Source of the DNA: Candidatus Falkowbacteria bacterium
GTDB taxonomy: Bacteria; Patescibacteriota; Patescibacteriia; JAACEG01
Assembly: GCA_018651725.1 (NCBI GenBank)
Contig: JABIDK010000001.1
Span: forward strand, 748 to 64,747
Direction of reading: 5' to 3'
DNA length: 64,000 nt
Numbering within the stretch: position 1 is the stretch's first letter; the number at the start of each line of letters is the position of its first letter. Of this stretch, positions 10,601-19,745 are shown piece after piece. The notes beneath the pieces are model-generated. The model was not told where the DNA came from and did not search any database. It worked only from the letters and a program-made list of their open reading frames with translations. Made by a program: the position numbers and the translations under genes.

Positions 10601-11573
10601 CAGAGGTGGCAAATCGTCCACCATCAAGAGCTACCATTGGACGCAAGTCAGGCGGAATTACAGGAATAACAGTCATAACTGTCCATTCAGGTCGTACTTC
10701 GTTGTGTTTTAAATTTCTCAAAAGCTTTAATCTTTTTACAGCTTTTTCTTTTTTAATTCCTTTGTAGTTTTTTATTTCTTTGGAGACTATTTCTATTTCT
10801 TTTTCCGGGTCTATTTTTTCAAGTAATTTTCTGATTGCTTCTGCTCCAATTCCTGCTTCAAAAATATGTCCATACTTTAAAGATAAATCTTGATATTCTG
10901 CCTCAGATATAATTTTCAACTCTTTTAAATCTTTTAAGTCTTTTTCTGAAGCGCTAAAGTTTTCCTCTAACTCGCTCATTTCTTCTTCTTTTTCTTTAGC
11001 TAAAGCAACAAGTTCTTTTTCCACTTTTTTATTATCAGATTCTTTGACTTCTTTGCTTCTTGCTTGGTATTCCTTATTAATCTTTTTCTTTTTATTTTTA
11101 AATTCTTCTTTTAATTCTTCAAGTATGCCTATTTTTAGATCGTGTTGAACACTAATAATAATAAAATTTGCAAAATAAATAACTTTTTCCAAGGACTGAG
11201 GAGCTACCCCAAGTAATGTTCCTATTCTGGAAGGTACACTTCTGAGAAACCAAATATGTGTAACCGGAGAGGCTAAATCAATATGCCCCATTCGTTCTCG
11301 ACGAACAATGGTTCTGGTTACCTCTACTCCACACTTATCACAAACTATGCCTTTATAGCGAATTTTTTTATACTTTCCGCAATAACACTCCCAATCTTTA
11401 GAGGGGCCGAAAATCTTTTCGCAAAAAAGACCATCTTTTTCCGGTTTTTGAGTACGATAGTTAATTGTTTCCGGTCGTAAAATCTCTCCATGAGACCACC
11501 CTTTTATTACCTCCGGAGAAGCAAGCCGTAGTCTAATAGCGTCAAAATCCATTGACCTAATTAAGTTTTGCAT
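7680..11573 (-). CDS. rpoC: RNA polymerase beta' subunit
   Basis: NADFDGDQMAVH active-site motif; N-terminal zinc finger. Confidence 0.99.
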   Translation of the reverse strand: MQNLIRSMDFDAIRLRLASPEVIKGWSHGEILRPETINYRTQKPEKDGLFCEKIFGPSKDWECYCGKYKKIRYKGIVCDKCGVEVTRTIVRRERMGHIDLASPVTHIWFLRSVPSRIGTLLGVAPQSLEKVIYFANFIIISVQHDLKIGILEELKEEFKNKKKKINKEYQARSKEVKESDNKKVEKELVALAKEKEEEMSELEENFSASEKDLKDLKELKIISEAEYQDLSLKYGHIFEAGIGAEAIRKLLEKIDPEKEIEIVSKEIKNYKGIKKEKAVKRLKLLRNLKHNEVRPEWTVMTVIPVIPPDLRPMVALDGGRFATSDLNDLYRRVINRNNRLKQLKKLNAPEVISRNEKRMLQEAVDALIDNNARHGKTVVSSTGQKRMLKSISDILKGKQGRFRQNLLGKRVDYSGRSVIVIGPHLKINECGLPKKMALELFKPFVISKLIRDEVIHNVRSAIRFINEGRVEVWDILEEVIADAYVLLNRAPTLHRLGIQAFKPILIEGKAIQIHPMVCSAFNADFDGDQMAVHVPLTKEAQKEAKELMQSSKNLLKPATGDPVVSPSQDIVWGCYYLTSSSQEKVDDKKIKVFANENQAILAYDLKNIKLKNFIKVRIGKKIVTTTIGRVLFNKILPRDMEYLNEKMDAGSLKGLVKSILSNYGLERAGQFVDDLKRTGFKYLTISGLSWGMGDLPFIDERQGILEVTEKQVQEIKQQYDAGLLTDAERHSKIIETWTFAKEKIVALAKESLDTKGSVFSIIDSKAKGHWGQLTQVIGMKGLVSSPSGDIIELPAKGNFKEGFDVLEFFISTHGSRKGLSDTALRTANAGYLTRRLVDVVQDMFVQEEDCKTREGIQLTKENSERLSSNLADRVLGRVSFEEVKDPKTKEIVLKKGQIITEAERDKLKELDLENLKIRSVLTCKSQKGVCQKCYGWDLGYNKLVKKGATVGVVAAQSIGEPGTQLTMRTFHTGGVAGDDITQGLPRVEELFEARNPKRRAVLAEEDGVVKIAQLERTIKDATGKIVLENVPGQKVLKLEYIGEDEDKYDFRTATKKKIDDSKKEGELEIKVKEGDKVEKGDLLFIRSNGTKVKAKEFGEARVLSTKVAVFRTVNKIKEFSVAKGFDIWVKNGEKVQKGQQLTEGSLNLQQLHTLAGRTKTQRYIINEIQYLYSSQGQPLNDKHVEVIARQMFSKVNITSDGDTNFLPGTVIDRRDFEDENKKMEKAGKTKAKGEELLLGITKNSLSTKSFLSAASFQETSKILIEASLSGKIDPLDGLKENVIIGRLIPAGTGFKKK

Positions 11574-11606
11574 AAAATTAGTATATTATTTTATTTTTTA
11601 ACTAAA

Positions 11607-14600
11607 TTATTTATTTTCCTTATCTTTGGAAGAACCTTTAATATCTCTTCCTTCTTTTAAAAGCTCAACATCAAGCCCAAGTCCTTTGAACTCTCTGACT
11701 AAAACATTAAAAGACTCAGGGATATTTACTTTTTGTATTTCTTCACCTTTAATTATTGACTCGTAAGCTTTGCTTCTACCGGGAACATCGTCTGACTTAA
11801 TGGTAAGCATCTCCTGTAAGATATGAGCAGCGCCATAGCCTTCAAGCGCCCAAACTTCCATTTCACCAAATCTTTGTCCACCAAACTGAGCTTTACCACC
11901 AAGAGGTTGTTGAGTAATAAGCGAGTAAGGACCAATTGAACGTTGGTGAATTTTATCCTCAACCATATGGTTAAGCTTTAACATATATTTATAGCCAACA
12001 ACTGTTTTGTCATCAAATCTATCGCCTGTTCGGCCGTCATATAAAGTTAATTTTCCATCTTCCGGGTAACCGTATTTTTTAAGTTCAGCTCTAATAATAT
12101 GTTCCGGGATACCATCAAGCGGAGGAGTAGCTACTTTATAATCACCTGCCTGAGCCGCCAAACCTAAATGAGTTTCAAGTAATTGACCCAAGTTCATACG
12201 AGAGATTACTCCCAAAGGCGATAGAATAACATCGATTGGAGTACCGTCTTCAAGGCAAGGCATATCTGCAACCGGTACAATTTTGGAAACAACTCCTTTG
12301 TTACCATGACGACCGGACATTTTATCTCCCACCTGAATTTTTCTTAGGTTTGCCACTGAAATTTGGATTGTTTTAATAACACCGGGCTGTAATTTATCTC
12401 CGTCTGCGCGAGAGAAAATTTGAATAGCAACAATTTTACCGTGTTCACCGTGTTCTAAAACAAGCGAAGTGTCCCGAACGTCTTTGGCTTTTTCTCCAAA
12501 AATTGCTCTAAGCAGTTTTTCTTCGCTGGATAGCTCGGTTTCTCCTTTTGGTGTAATTTTACCAACTAAAATATCTCCGGACTTAACTTCAGCCCCGATT
12601 CTTACAACTCCTTCATCGTCTAGGTTTTTTAATTTTTCTTCACCAATATTTGGAATGTCTCTGGTAACAATTTCAGGACCAAGTTTTGTGTCGCGAACAT
12701 CGATTGAATAGTTATTAATATGAATTGAGCTGTAGAAATCATCTTTTACCAATCTCTCTGAAATAATAATCGCGTCTTCATAGTTATAGCCTTCCCAAGA
12801 CATAAACGCTACCAAAATATTTCTACCAAGAGCAAGTTCTTTACCTTCAATTGACTGACCGTCTGATAGTGCTTGACCTTTTTTAACGTTTTCTTCAATC
12901 TCAACTATTGGATGCTGATTAATACAAGTGGATTGGTTTGATCGTACAAATTTTGATAGATCGTAAACATCCAAATCTCCTTTGCTGTTTAGTATCTCAA
13001 TTTTATCGGCAGAAACCGCTGACACTTTTCCGCTTTCTTTTGTTCTGACAACATGACCGGAGTCAAGAGCGGCTTTTTCTTCCACACCTGTTCCAACAAA
13101 AGGAGCTTGTGGGCTTACTAACGGAACAGCTTGGCGTTGCATGTTAGTTCCCATTAAAGCTCTAACCGCATCGTCGTGCTCTAAAAAAGGGATTAAAGAT
13201 GTTGCAATAGAAACAATCTGTTTTGGGGAAACATCCATAAAATCAACCTTGGAAACATCGTCAATATCCGGTACCCCGTATTTTCTAACCTCTACTTTGT
13301 CTTCTAAAAAATAACCATCTTTGTCAATTTCAGAGGTCGCGGTTGTAATAATCATTTTTTCTTCTTCAAATGCGTCTAGGAAAAGTATTTCATCTGTTAC
13401 TATTGGTTTTATGGCAATTGTTTTTAAATCTTTTATTTTGCTTAATTCTTTTGCTTTAGCTGAAGTAATTTTTTCATTCTTTTTTAAAACAACTTTAGCT
13501 CCTGATTTTATATCTTCTCTAGCGATTTTATCAACGGTTATCTTCGGATCATTTTTTATATCGTGTAAAACTTTTCTATAAGGAGTCTCTAAAAATCCAT
13601 ATTCATTAATATGAGCATAACTTGCCAAATGACCAACCAATCCAATGTTCGGTCCCTCCGGAGTGGCGATTGGACAAATTTTCCCATAGTGAGTTCTATG
13701 TACGTCACGAACTTCAAAACCGGCTCTTTCTCTGGTTAATCCGCCCGGCCCCATGGCAGACAGTCTTCTTTTATGTTCAAGCTCTGCTAAAGGATTTGTT
13801 TGATCCATAAACTGACAAAGCTGAGAAGACATAAAAAACTCTTTAACAGCAGAGATGAGCGGTCTGGAGTTAATTAAACGAGCCGGAGTCATATTTGTTT
13901 CATCAAGCGTACTCATTCGGTCTCTGATAATTCTTTCCATTCTAACAACTCCGATTCTAAATCTGTTTTGAACCAACTCACCGATAGTCCTGATTCTTCT
14001 GTTTCCAAGATGATCGATGTCGTCGGCTTCTTTTTGAGATATGTTTAAACTGATAATTTCTTCTACAATGTCAACTAAATTTTGGGGATCAAAAATTCTG
14101 TTTTCTTTAGTAATCGGTAGATCTTTATTAAAGCGTCTGTTTAATTTGTATCGTCCTACTTTTCCAAAATCATATCTATCAAAATTAAAAAACATGGCGT
14201 TAATTAACGATCTGACATTATCGATACCCGCTAAATCCCCCGGCCTGATTCTTTTATAGACCTCCATTAGACCTTCATCCTCACTTGTGGTAATATCTTT
14301 TTTCAAAGTGGCTTCAATATAATTAAAGTCCGGATGAGTTTCTACTTTTTGAAAAAGCTCTTTTATTTCTTCGTCGGTGCTATATCCAAAAGCTCGCAGT
14401 AAGGAGGTAACAGCGATTTTTCTTTTCCGGTCAATTTTAACCCAAATAACATTGTTAATATCTGTTTCAATCTCAAGCCAGGCTCCTCTGTTTGGAATAA
14501 TTTTTGCTCCGTAATAGTTTTTTCCTTTTACATTTTCTGAAGAGAAGAATACTCCTGCACTTCTAATAAGTTGAGAAACAATTGCTCTCTCAATACCATT

Positions 14601-15029
14601 TATAATAAAAGTCCCTGTTTCAGTCATTAATGGAATATCTCCCAGATAGATTTCCTGTTGGCTAAGTTTTTTGCCGTCTTTTTTAAGTTCAATGTCAACT
14701 CTCATCGGAGATTCGAAGGTAACATTTTTTTTGCGACTAGTGAGTTCGTCGAACTTTGGTTCATCAAAGTAATACTTTAAAAAAGAAAGCTCCAGTTTTT
14801 GTCCCCCGAAATCTTTAATCGGTGAAATTTCTTCAAAAATTTCTTTTATCCCCTGATCCAAAAACCATTTATATGATTCTTGTTGAACCTCTACCAGATC
14901 CGGCAAAGGAATAGCGTCTTTTTTGTTTTTTAGAGTTGATTCATACTTTCTTTTTTTACCTGGAAGATTTGTTTTTTCATCTTCTTGGTAAGCAAAAAAA
15001 ATACGATCCTTAATTTTTTGTTTAGCCAT
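11607..15029 (-). CDS. rpoB: RNA polymerase beta subunit
   Basis: GDKMSGRHGNKG; GGQRFGEMEVWAL. Confidence 0.99.
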   Translation of the reverse strand: MAKQKIKDRIFFAYQEDEKTNLPGKKRKYESTLKNKKDAIPLPDLVEVQQESYKWFLDQGIKEIFEEISPIKDFGGQKLELSFLKYYFDEPKFDELTSRKKNVTFESPMRVDIELKKDGKKLSQQEIYLGDIPLMTETGTFIINGIERAIVSQLIRSAGVFFSSENVKGKNYYGAKIIPNRGAWLEIETDINNVIWVKIDRKRKIAVTSLLRAFGYSTDEEIKELFQKVETHPDFNYIEATLKKDITTSEDEGLMEVYKRIRPGDLAGIDNVRSLINAMFFNFDRYDFGKVGRYKLNRRFNKDLPITKENRIFDPQNLVDIVEEIISLNISQKEADDIDHLGNRRIRTIGELVQNRFRIGVVRMERIIRDRMSTLDETNMTPARLINSRPLISAVKEFFMSSQLCQFMDQTNPLAELEHKRRLSAMGPGGLTRERAGFEVRDVHRTHYGKICPIATPEGPNIGLVGHLASYAHINEYGFLETPYRKVLHDIKNDPKITVDKIAREDIKSGAKVVLKKNEKITSAKAKELSKIKDLKTIAIKPIVTDEILFLDAFEEEKMIITTATSEIDKDGYFLEDKVEVRKYGVPDIDDVSKVDFMDVSPKQIVSIATSLIPFLEHDDAVRALMGTNMQRQAVPLVSPQAPFVGTGVEEKAALDSGHVVRTKESGKVSAVSADKIEILNSKGDLDVYDLSKFVRSNQSTCINQHPIVEIEENVKKGQALSDGQSIEGKELALGRNILVAFMSWEGYNYEDAIIISERLVKDDFYSSIHINNYSIDVRDTKLGPEIVTRDIPNIGEEKLKNLDDEGVVRIGAEVKSGDILVGKITPKGETELSSEEKLLRAIFGEKAKDVRDTSLVLEHGEHGKIVAIQIFSRADGDKLQPGVIKTIQISVANLRKIQVGDKMSGRHGNKGVVSKIVPVADMPCLEDGTPIDVILSPLGVISRMNLGQLLETHLGLAAQAGDYKVATPPLDGIPEHIIRAELKKYGYPEDGKLTLYDGRTGDRFDDKTVVGYKYMLKLNHMVEDKIHQRSIGPYSLITQQPLGGKAQFGGQRFGEMEVWALEGYGAAHILQEMLTIKSDDVPGRSKAYESIIKGEEIQKVNIPESFNVLVREFKGLGLDVELLKEGRDIKGSSKDKENK

Positions 15030-15243
15030 AAAATTTATAAATTATATTTTAAAAAACACAAAAATGACTCATCTTTCCAAACAGAAAGACGAGTTTTTGA
15101 ATAAAAACAGTAAATTTAAGTTATTTTTTTCATTACGCTTTTTTTTACCTCCTTGTAATTAAGCGCCCTGCTGTCTCTTGTGACTTGTACAACAGGTATC
15201 AAAAAGTTAATTTTATTAAACCACACAATAAAAACCCTGTCAA
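15030..15243 (-). promoter_or_regulatory. rpoB promoter and structured leader with terminator-like hairpin (putative attenuator)
   Basis: TTGACA-17 bp-TTTAAT; stem CCUGUUGU/ACAGCAGG; hairpin ACUCGUCUUUC/GAAAGAUGAGU followed by a U-tract before the ATG. Confidence 0.55.
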
Positions 15244-15247
15244 ATTC

Positions 15248-15550
15248 TTAACCTCTTAAAATTCCATTTTCCATATTATATACTTCTTTAAAGTTTAGTT
15301 TTTCCATCATTTCCAACATTATTTTGCTTCGACTCCCTGTTCTGCAGTAAATTAAGTATGTTTTGTCTTTGTTTAGATTTTCCAGTTCAGAAGAAAAATT
15401 TGGTGAATAAAAATCAAGATTAATAGAATTGTTTATATTTCCGGCGTGAAACTCCATTGGTGTCCGACAGTCAATAATCACAAAATTTTGGTTATCTTTA
15501 TTGCTTTCTATTATTTTCTCACTCTCTTCATAGCTGATATTTTTTGTCAT
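15248..15550 (-). CDS. Rhodanese-like domain protein
   Basis: IDCRTPMEF..G and YCRTGSRS active loop. Confidence 0.9.
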   Translation of the reverse strand: MTKNISYEESEKIIESNKDNQNFVIIDCRTPMEFHAGNINNSINLDFYSPNFSSELENLNKDKTYLIYCRTGSRSKIMLEMMEKLNFKEVYNMENGILRG

Positions 15551-16551
15551 AAAACAATATTTTGTGGTTTGTTTGCTGAAAATTTATTAATATTGCTCGC
15601 GGTTGTTTCTAAAATTCTTTCTAATGCCTCTTGGCTGTAAAAGCCAATATGCGGAGTAAAAACAACATTTTCTTTGTTTAGTAAAATATGATCTCGAGCT
15701 AAATCAGCTAAAATATCGGACTTTTTTGCGTCGTATAATAACTGTTTTTCTTCTTTAATCAGTTCCTCCCCCTCTAAAACATCCAGCCCTGCGCCTGCTA
15801 AAATCTTTTTATCAAGCGCTTCAATTAGCGCTTCGGTCTCTATAACATCTCCTCTGGCGGTGTTAATTAGAACAGCTCCTTTTTTAATCAAATTAATATT
15901 ATTTTTGTTTATAAGGTGATAGGTGTGTTTATTGGATGGCAAATGAAGTGAAATTATATCAGATTTATTTAAAAGTTTTTCTAAAGAAGCATATTTAAAC
16001 CCTAAAACTTCAGATACTAGTCGATTTTGATTAACATCATAAACAATAACGTTCATTCCAAATCCTTTAGCGATTCTAATTACATGAAGCCCAATACTAC
16101 CGGCGCCAACCACGCCTAAAGTTTTTCCTTGCAAGTCAAAACCCTTAAGTCCGTCGATAGAATAGTCATGTTGAACAGTTTTAACATAGGCTTTATGAAT
16201 ATTTCGCGATAAAGCCAAGATTAAACCAAAAGTATGCTCAGCCACAGTGTTCTCGCCATAATAAGGAACATTGGACACAGCGATTTTTTTCTTTTTGCTT
16301 GTCTTGAGGTCAATATGATCAAATCCGGTTGAACGTGTAGCAATAAATTTTAATTTTGGCAATTTAGAGATAATTTTTTTATCAACCTCAGAATAAATAA
16401 AAACAGAAACAACCTCAAAGTTTTTAATTTTATCAACATTTTCCAAACTTAACTCTTCCTTGAAAAACTCAAGTTGATGTCCCTTTAATTTCTTCCTTAA
16501 AAAGGGCTTTTCCCACCCTTTAATTTCAAAAAATGCAATTTTCATATACAC
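15547..16551 (-). CDS. D-isomer-specific 2-hydroxyacid dehydrogenase (D-lactate dehydrogenase-like)
   Basis: RSTGFDHID; GVVGAGSIG; INTARG; TPHIGFYS. Confidence 0.93.
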   Translation of the reverse strand: MYMKIAFFEIKGWEKPFLRKKLKGHQLEFFKEELSLENVDKIKNFEVVSVFIYSEVDKKIISKLPKLKFIATRSTGFDHIDLKTSKKKKIAVSNVPYYGENTVAEHTFGLILALSRNIHKAYVKTVQHDYSIDGLKGFDLQGKTLGVVGAGSIGLHVIRIAKGFGMNVIVYDVNQNRLVSEVLGFKYASLEKLLNKSDIISLHLPSNKHTYHLINKNNINLIKKGAVLINTARGDVIETEALIEALDKKILAGAGLDVLEGEELIKEEKQLLYDAKKSDILADLARDHILLNKENVVFTPHIGFYSQEALERILETTASNINKFSANKPQNIVL

Positions 16552-16559
16552 ATACCCAC

Positions 16560-16675
16560 TGTCATCCTGAGCGAGCGGAGCGAGTCGAAGGATCTAGAAG
16601 ATTTACTTACTAATTTAAGTTAAACCGTAAGCCAAATAGATTCTTCGACTCCACTTCGTTTCGCTCAGAATGACA
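16560..16675. repeat. REP/MITE-like inverted repeat element
   Basis: TGTCATCCTGAGCGAGCGGAGCGAGTCGAAGGATCTA ... TAGATTCTTCGACTCCACTTCGTTTCGCTCAGAATGACA. Confidence 0.75.
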
Positions 16676-16689
16676 AAAAGATTATTTTT

Positions 16690-17133
16690 TTAACTCTTTA
16701 AATTTTTTGTTAAACACTTCATATAATAAAGCCCAATAAGTTGAAATAAAATAGAGAAACCAACAATCCAAACGCTGGCTTCATGAAAAAAATCATGAAC
16801 AATTTTAGGAAAAATTACAGACAAAAATCCAACACTAAGACTGGCGCCGCAAACAGGCGCGCCAATCCCGCAAACCTGAAGAGCCGAAAAACCAAGCACA
16901 GTCGCAAGAAAACTTAAAAATGAGCCTTTATAAGTTCGCGCTGAGACAACTTTTTCTTTTATGCTTCTAACTAAACACGTCAAAGTAAGCGCAAAGGTAG
17001 TCATAAAAGTAATTGCCAATACATAATAAACCCCATTAAAAACAGTATCCGGAATCAAAAAATAACTACCAATAAAGGTAATCAAAAAAACGCTTTTACA
17101 GTAATTACTTTGAAAAACTTTTTTAAAATTCAT
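16690..17133 (-). CDS. Hypothetical integral membrane protein
   Basis: Several TM segments; CGIGAPVC motif. Confidence 0.7.
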   Translation of the reverse strand: MNFKKVFQSNYCKSVFLITFIGSYFLIPDTVFNGVYYVLAITFMTTFALTLTCLVRSIKEKVVSARTYKGSFLSFLATVLGFSALQVCGIGAPVCGASLSVGFLSVIFPKIVHDFFHEASVWIVGFSILFQLIGLYYMKCLTKNLKS

Positions 17134-17201
17134 AAGAAAATACTAAGTTTAAAAAAATTTTATTTAATATCAAATCAAAATCTTTTATTATGATAAGTTT
17201 T

Positions 17202-18908
17202 CTAATTGTCTGTTTTGTCTTGATTGATGAAAAGAACCGTTTTCATCATTTCTTCAAATAACCTATTTTCTGGCCCTTTAACAGCCTCAAACATATAACA
17301 ACCCAAATCATTTTTATGTAGATAAACACTAGGCTCCAGCATTCCTGTAAGATTATATTTTTTAAATTCTAAATCGTTTATTTTAACATCCCCTTTGTAT
17401 ATATTTTGCGGTAATAATTTGTCGCAACTATCCCCCTTAAAAATATTAAACCTTTCTCCGGGGTGATCTTGAGAAATTGCGAAATTTTTTTCTCTTTCTT
17501 CTATTTTATATGTTCCGTCATTTGGATATTTTATACTCACTCCAACCTCCTCATTCCGATAAGTTTTCCAACCAGCTGTTTCGTTTTGATCAATAAATTT
17601 AAGAGTTTCTTGCCAGGTTTTATCTTCGCTACCCATTATAGCGTATTGTCCTATATCAAAAAAGACATATCTATCAGAGTAAGTAGAATTTGCCATAAAA
17701 TATCTTATTCCGTTTGTTTCTGAGTACTGTTTCGGACAATTTTTATTGTTGTTCCACCATGGCAAATCAGAATCAACGACTATTGGAAAAGAAATAATTC
17801 CATATTCAAGGCTATTATTTGGCCTGTTTATTTTTTCAAAAAAACATTTTTCGGATGAATAATCTTTCAAAAAATCTTCCTCAATAGATTCTTTTAATGT
17901 TTTATTTTTATCTTTATTAAAAATTTCTACTGACTGATCACCACAAACTATTACTTTATTGTTTTCTTTTTTTATTTCACATTTTTTTTCGTAGCTAAAT
18001 TTTACCCCTAGCTCTTTGTCTTCGTACACAGCCCATTTATCTTCTTTGATAAAATTAATAGTTTTAATAATTTCCCTGGCGATATCTTCGTCTGTTCTAA
18101 AGTCAAAACTATAGTAATAATCATCTATAATCCAAGCAATAGTAGTCGGAGATAACACTCCACAAATAGAGTACTCTATAGACTCGCTTGAAGCTTTCTT
18201 GAATATAATTTTTTTTCTGTCTCCTCTTTTAACACAGCCCGGATTATTATTCTCTGCCTTACTTAAATAGTTTTCTAGTTCATCTAAAGAAAAATATTTA
18301 TTGTCCTTGGTTAAGGTTATACCGCAAAATTCTCCTTCAGCAGAATTTTTTCCAAGATACTCTGGGTTGCATACTGCTATTTCGTTTATGCTTTTTTTTA
18401 ATGTCCAATTTTGCGGATAATTAAATTCTATACCCAATTTTTCGTTACGATAAGTTTTCCAGTCAGATGTATTAATCTCTGATTTTTTCTTTTGCTCTTT
18501 TTTCGGTTCGCACCAAGATAGACTTGATTCGCACCCCATCCCATTGCATTTAAAGTCTAGTTGGCATTTACCATTAATACATTCTTTATAACTATTCTCT
18601 TTCATAAGTTTCAAAGACGACAAACAACAACTTTGCCCCGCGCATTTTTCCTCCAGTAAGTCATAGTAATCTTTTTCAACCTGATCCTTCGACTCTTGCA
18701 CTGTTTGATAATTATTTTTTTCAGATATTTTACTTAAATAAAAATAACCAGCCACAACTAACCCAATAATAATTATCAAAAACAAAATTACCCCAACAAT
18801 TAAATGCCGCTTTTTATTTTTTGTTCTTGATTTTTCTTTTTTTAAAACTTCTTGAACTCTTTGATTAAAATCATCGTAACCCTGTTGATCGTTTTTGTTA
18901 TTAAACAT
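17202..18908 (-). CDS. Membrane-anchored surface protein with three PsbP-like repeats
   Basis: TM anchor, Cys-rich domain, repeats WKTYRNEKLGIEFNYP / WAVYEDKELGVKFSY / WKTYRNEEVGVSIKYP. Confidence 0.75.
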   Translation of the reverse strand: MFNNKNDQQGYDDFNQRVQEVLKKEKSRTKNKKRHLIVGVILFLIIIIGLVVAGYFYLSKISEKNNYQTVQESKDQVEKDYYDLLEEKCAGQSCCLSSLKLMKENSYKECINGKCQLDFKCNGMGCESSLSWCEPKKEQKKKSEINTSDWKTYRNEKLGIEFNYPQNWTLKKSINEIAVCNPEYLGKNSAEGEFCGITLTKDNKYFSLDELENYLSKAENNNPGCVKRGDRKKIIFKKASSESIEYSICGVLSPTTIAWIIDDYYYSFDFRTDEDIAREIIKTINFIKEDKWAVYEDKELGVKFSYEKKCEIKKENNKVIVCGDQSVEIFNKDKNKTLKESIEEDFLKDYSSEKCFFEKINRPNNSLEYGIISFPIVVDSDLPWWNNNKNCPKQYSETNGIRYFMANSTYSDRYVFFDIGQYAIMGSEDKTWQETLKFIDQNETAGWKTYRNEEVGVSIKYPNDGTYKIEEREKNFAISQDHPGERFNIFKGDSCDKLLPQNIYKGDVKINDLEFKKYNLTGMLEPSVYLHKNDLGCYMFEAVKGPENRLFEEMMKTVLFINQDKTDN

Positions 18909-18979
18909 AAGAAAACTTTTTTAAATATTTTATTTTTTTACATAATATCATAAAAAAACCGTTTAAACAACAAAAAATA

Positions 18980-19019
18980 AAAGTTGTAAAAAAATGCGAC
19001 CGCACATTTTTACAACTTT
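18980..19019. repeat. 40-bp palindromic site, left copy of an inverted pair
   Basis: Exact reverse complement of 19612-19651. Confidence 0.9.
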
Positions 19020-19067
19020 TTTAAAGATAGACCGAATACATAAAATGTCTTTAATTGACTTATAAAC

Positions 19068-19595
19068 TTACAAATCAAATCTTTTCTTAAAAAGTAAGTC
19101 ATTGCTTATTTTGTCAACTACCATCAAAACTACAAATTTGGCAATTTCCAGGCGCTTGATAATATTTTGGATTTCTTCAAAATTGTCATATGGGCTTATC
19201 CAGACGCTGTTTTGGCATTTTTCAAACCCAAGGTCTATTAAAATATTTCGCAAATAATTACGCAACTCTTTTTTCTTTTCTGGAATATCAAAAATAACAA
19301 TTCTCCATTTCTTATCCCATTTTTCATTTTCTTTTTTTATTTTACCTTTGGCTATTAATAATTTTTTCAAGCCTTTTAAAGTAAACCCTTTTTTATTAAT
19401 ATATTTAAACCTTTTCAAGTGATAAATTTGAGCATAAATTCTTTTCTGCTCTTTTTTGTCTTCAATTCTTCTCCTTTTTTCGTTATAATAATCATCATAC
19501 CAAGCCCCACTTCTATTGATATTAACCTTAAGGATTCGTTCTAAATTATCAGCTAAATCCGTAATTAGTTCTTCAAGGTCAATTTTAACAGGCAT
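19068..19595 (-). CDS. PaaX-family protein (winged-helix remnant plus Cas2-like domain)
   Basis: WDKKWRIVIFDIPEKKKELRNYLRNILIDLGFEKCQNSVWISPYD. Confidence 0.88.
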   Translation of the reverse strand: MPVKIDLEELITDLADNLERILKVNINRSGAWYDDYYNEKRRRIEDKKEQKRIYAQIYHLKRFKYINKKGFTLKGLKKLLIAKGKIKKENEKWDKKWRIVIFDIPEKKKELRNYLRNILIDLGFEKCQNSVWISPYDNFEEIQNIIKRLEIAKFVVLMVVDKISNDLLFKKRFDL

Positions 19596-19611
19596 ATTTG
19601 TGGCTTATTAT

Positions 19612-19651
19612 AAAGTTGTAAAAATGTGCGGTCGCATTTTTTTACAACTTT
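19612..19651. repeat. 40-bp palindromic site, right copy of an inverted pair
   Basis: Exact reverse complement of 18980-19019. Confidence 0.9.
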
Positions 19652-19745
19652 ACGATTATAATTATGATACAATAAACCGAAATAACGGTCTTAAATATGA
19701 ATAAGTTTATTTACATTGTATTTATTATAGTATAGTTTTATAGAT

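Noticed and set aside
4060-14259. Numerous short ORFs overlapping recA, ftsK, rpoC and rpoB
   Set aside because: Antisense or alternate-frame shadows of conserved genes.
19068-19595. CRISPR cas2 gene
   Set aside because: It has the PaaX-type N-terminal extension, and no cas1 or array is in the window.
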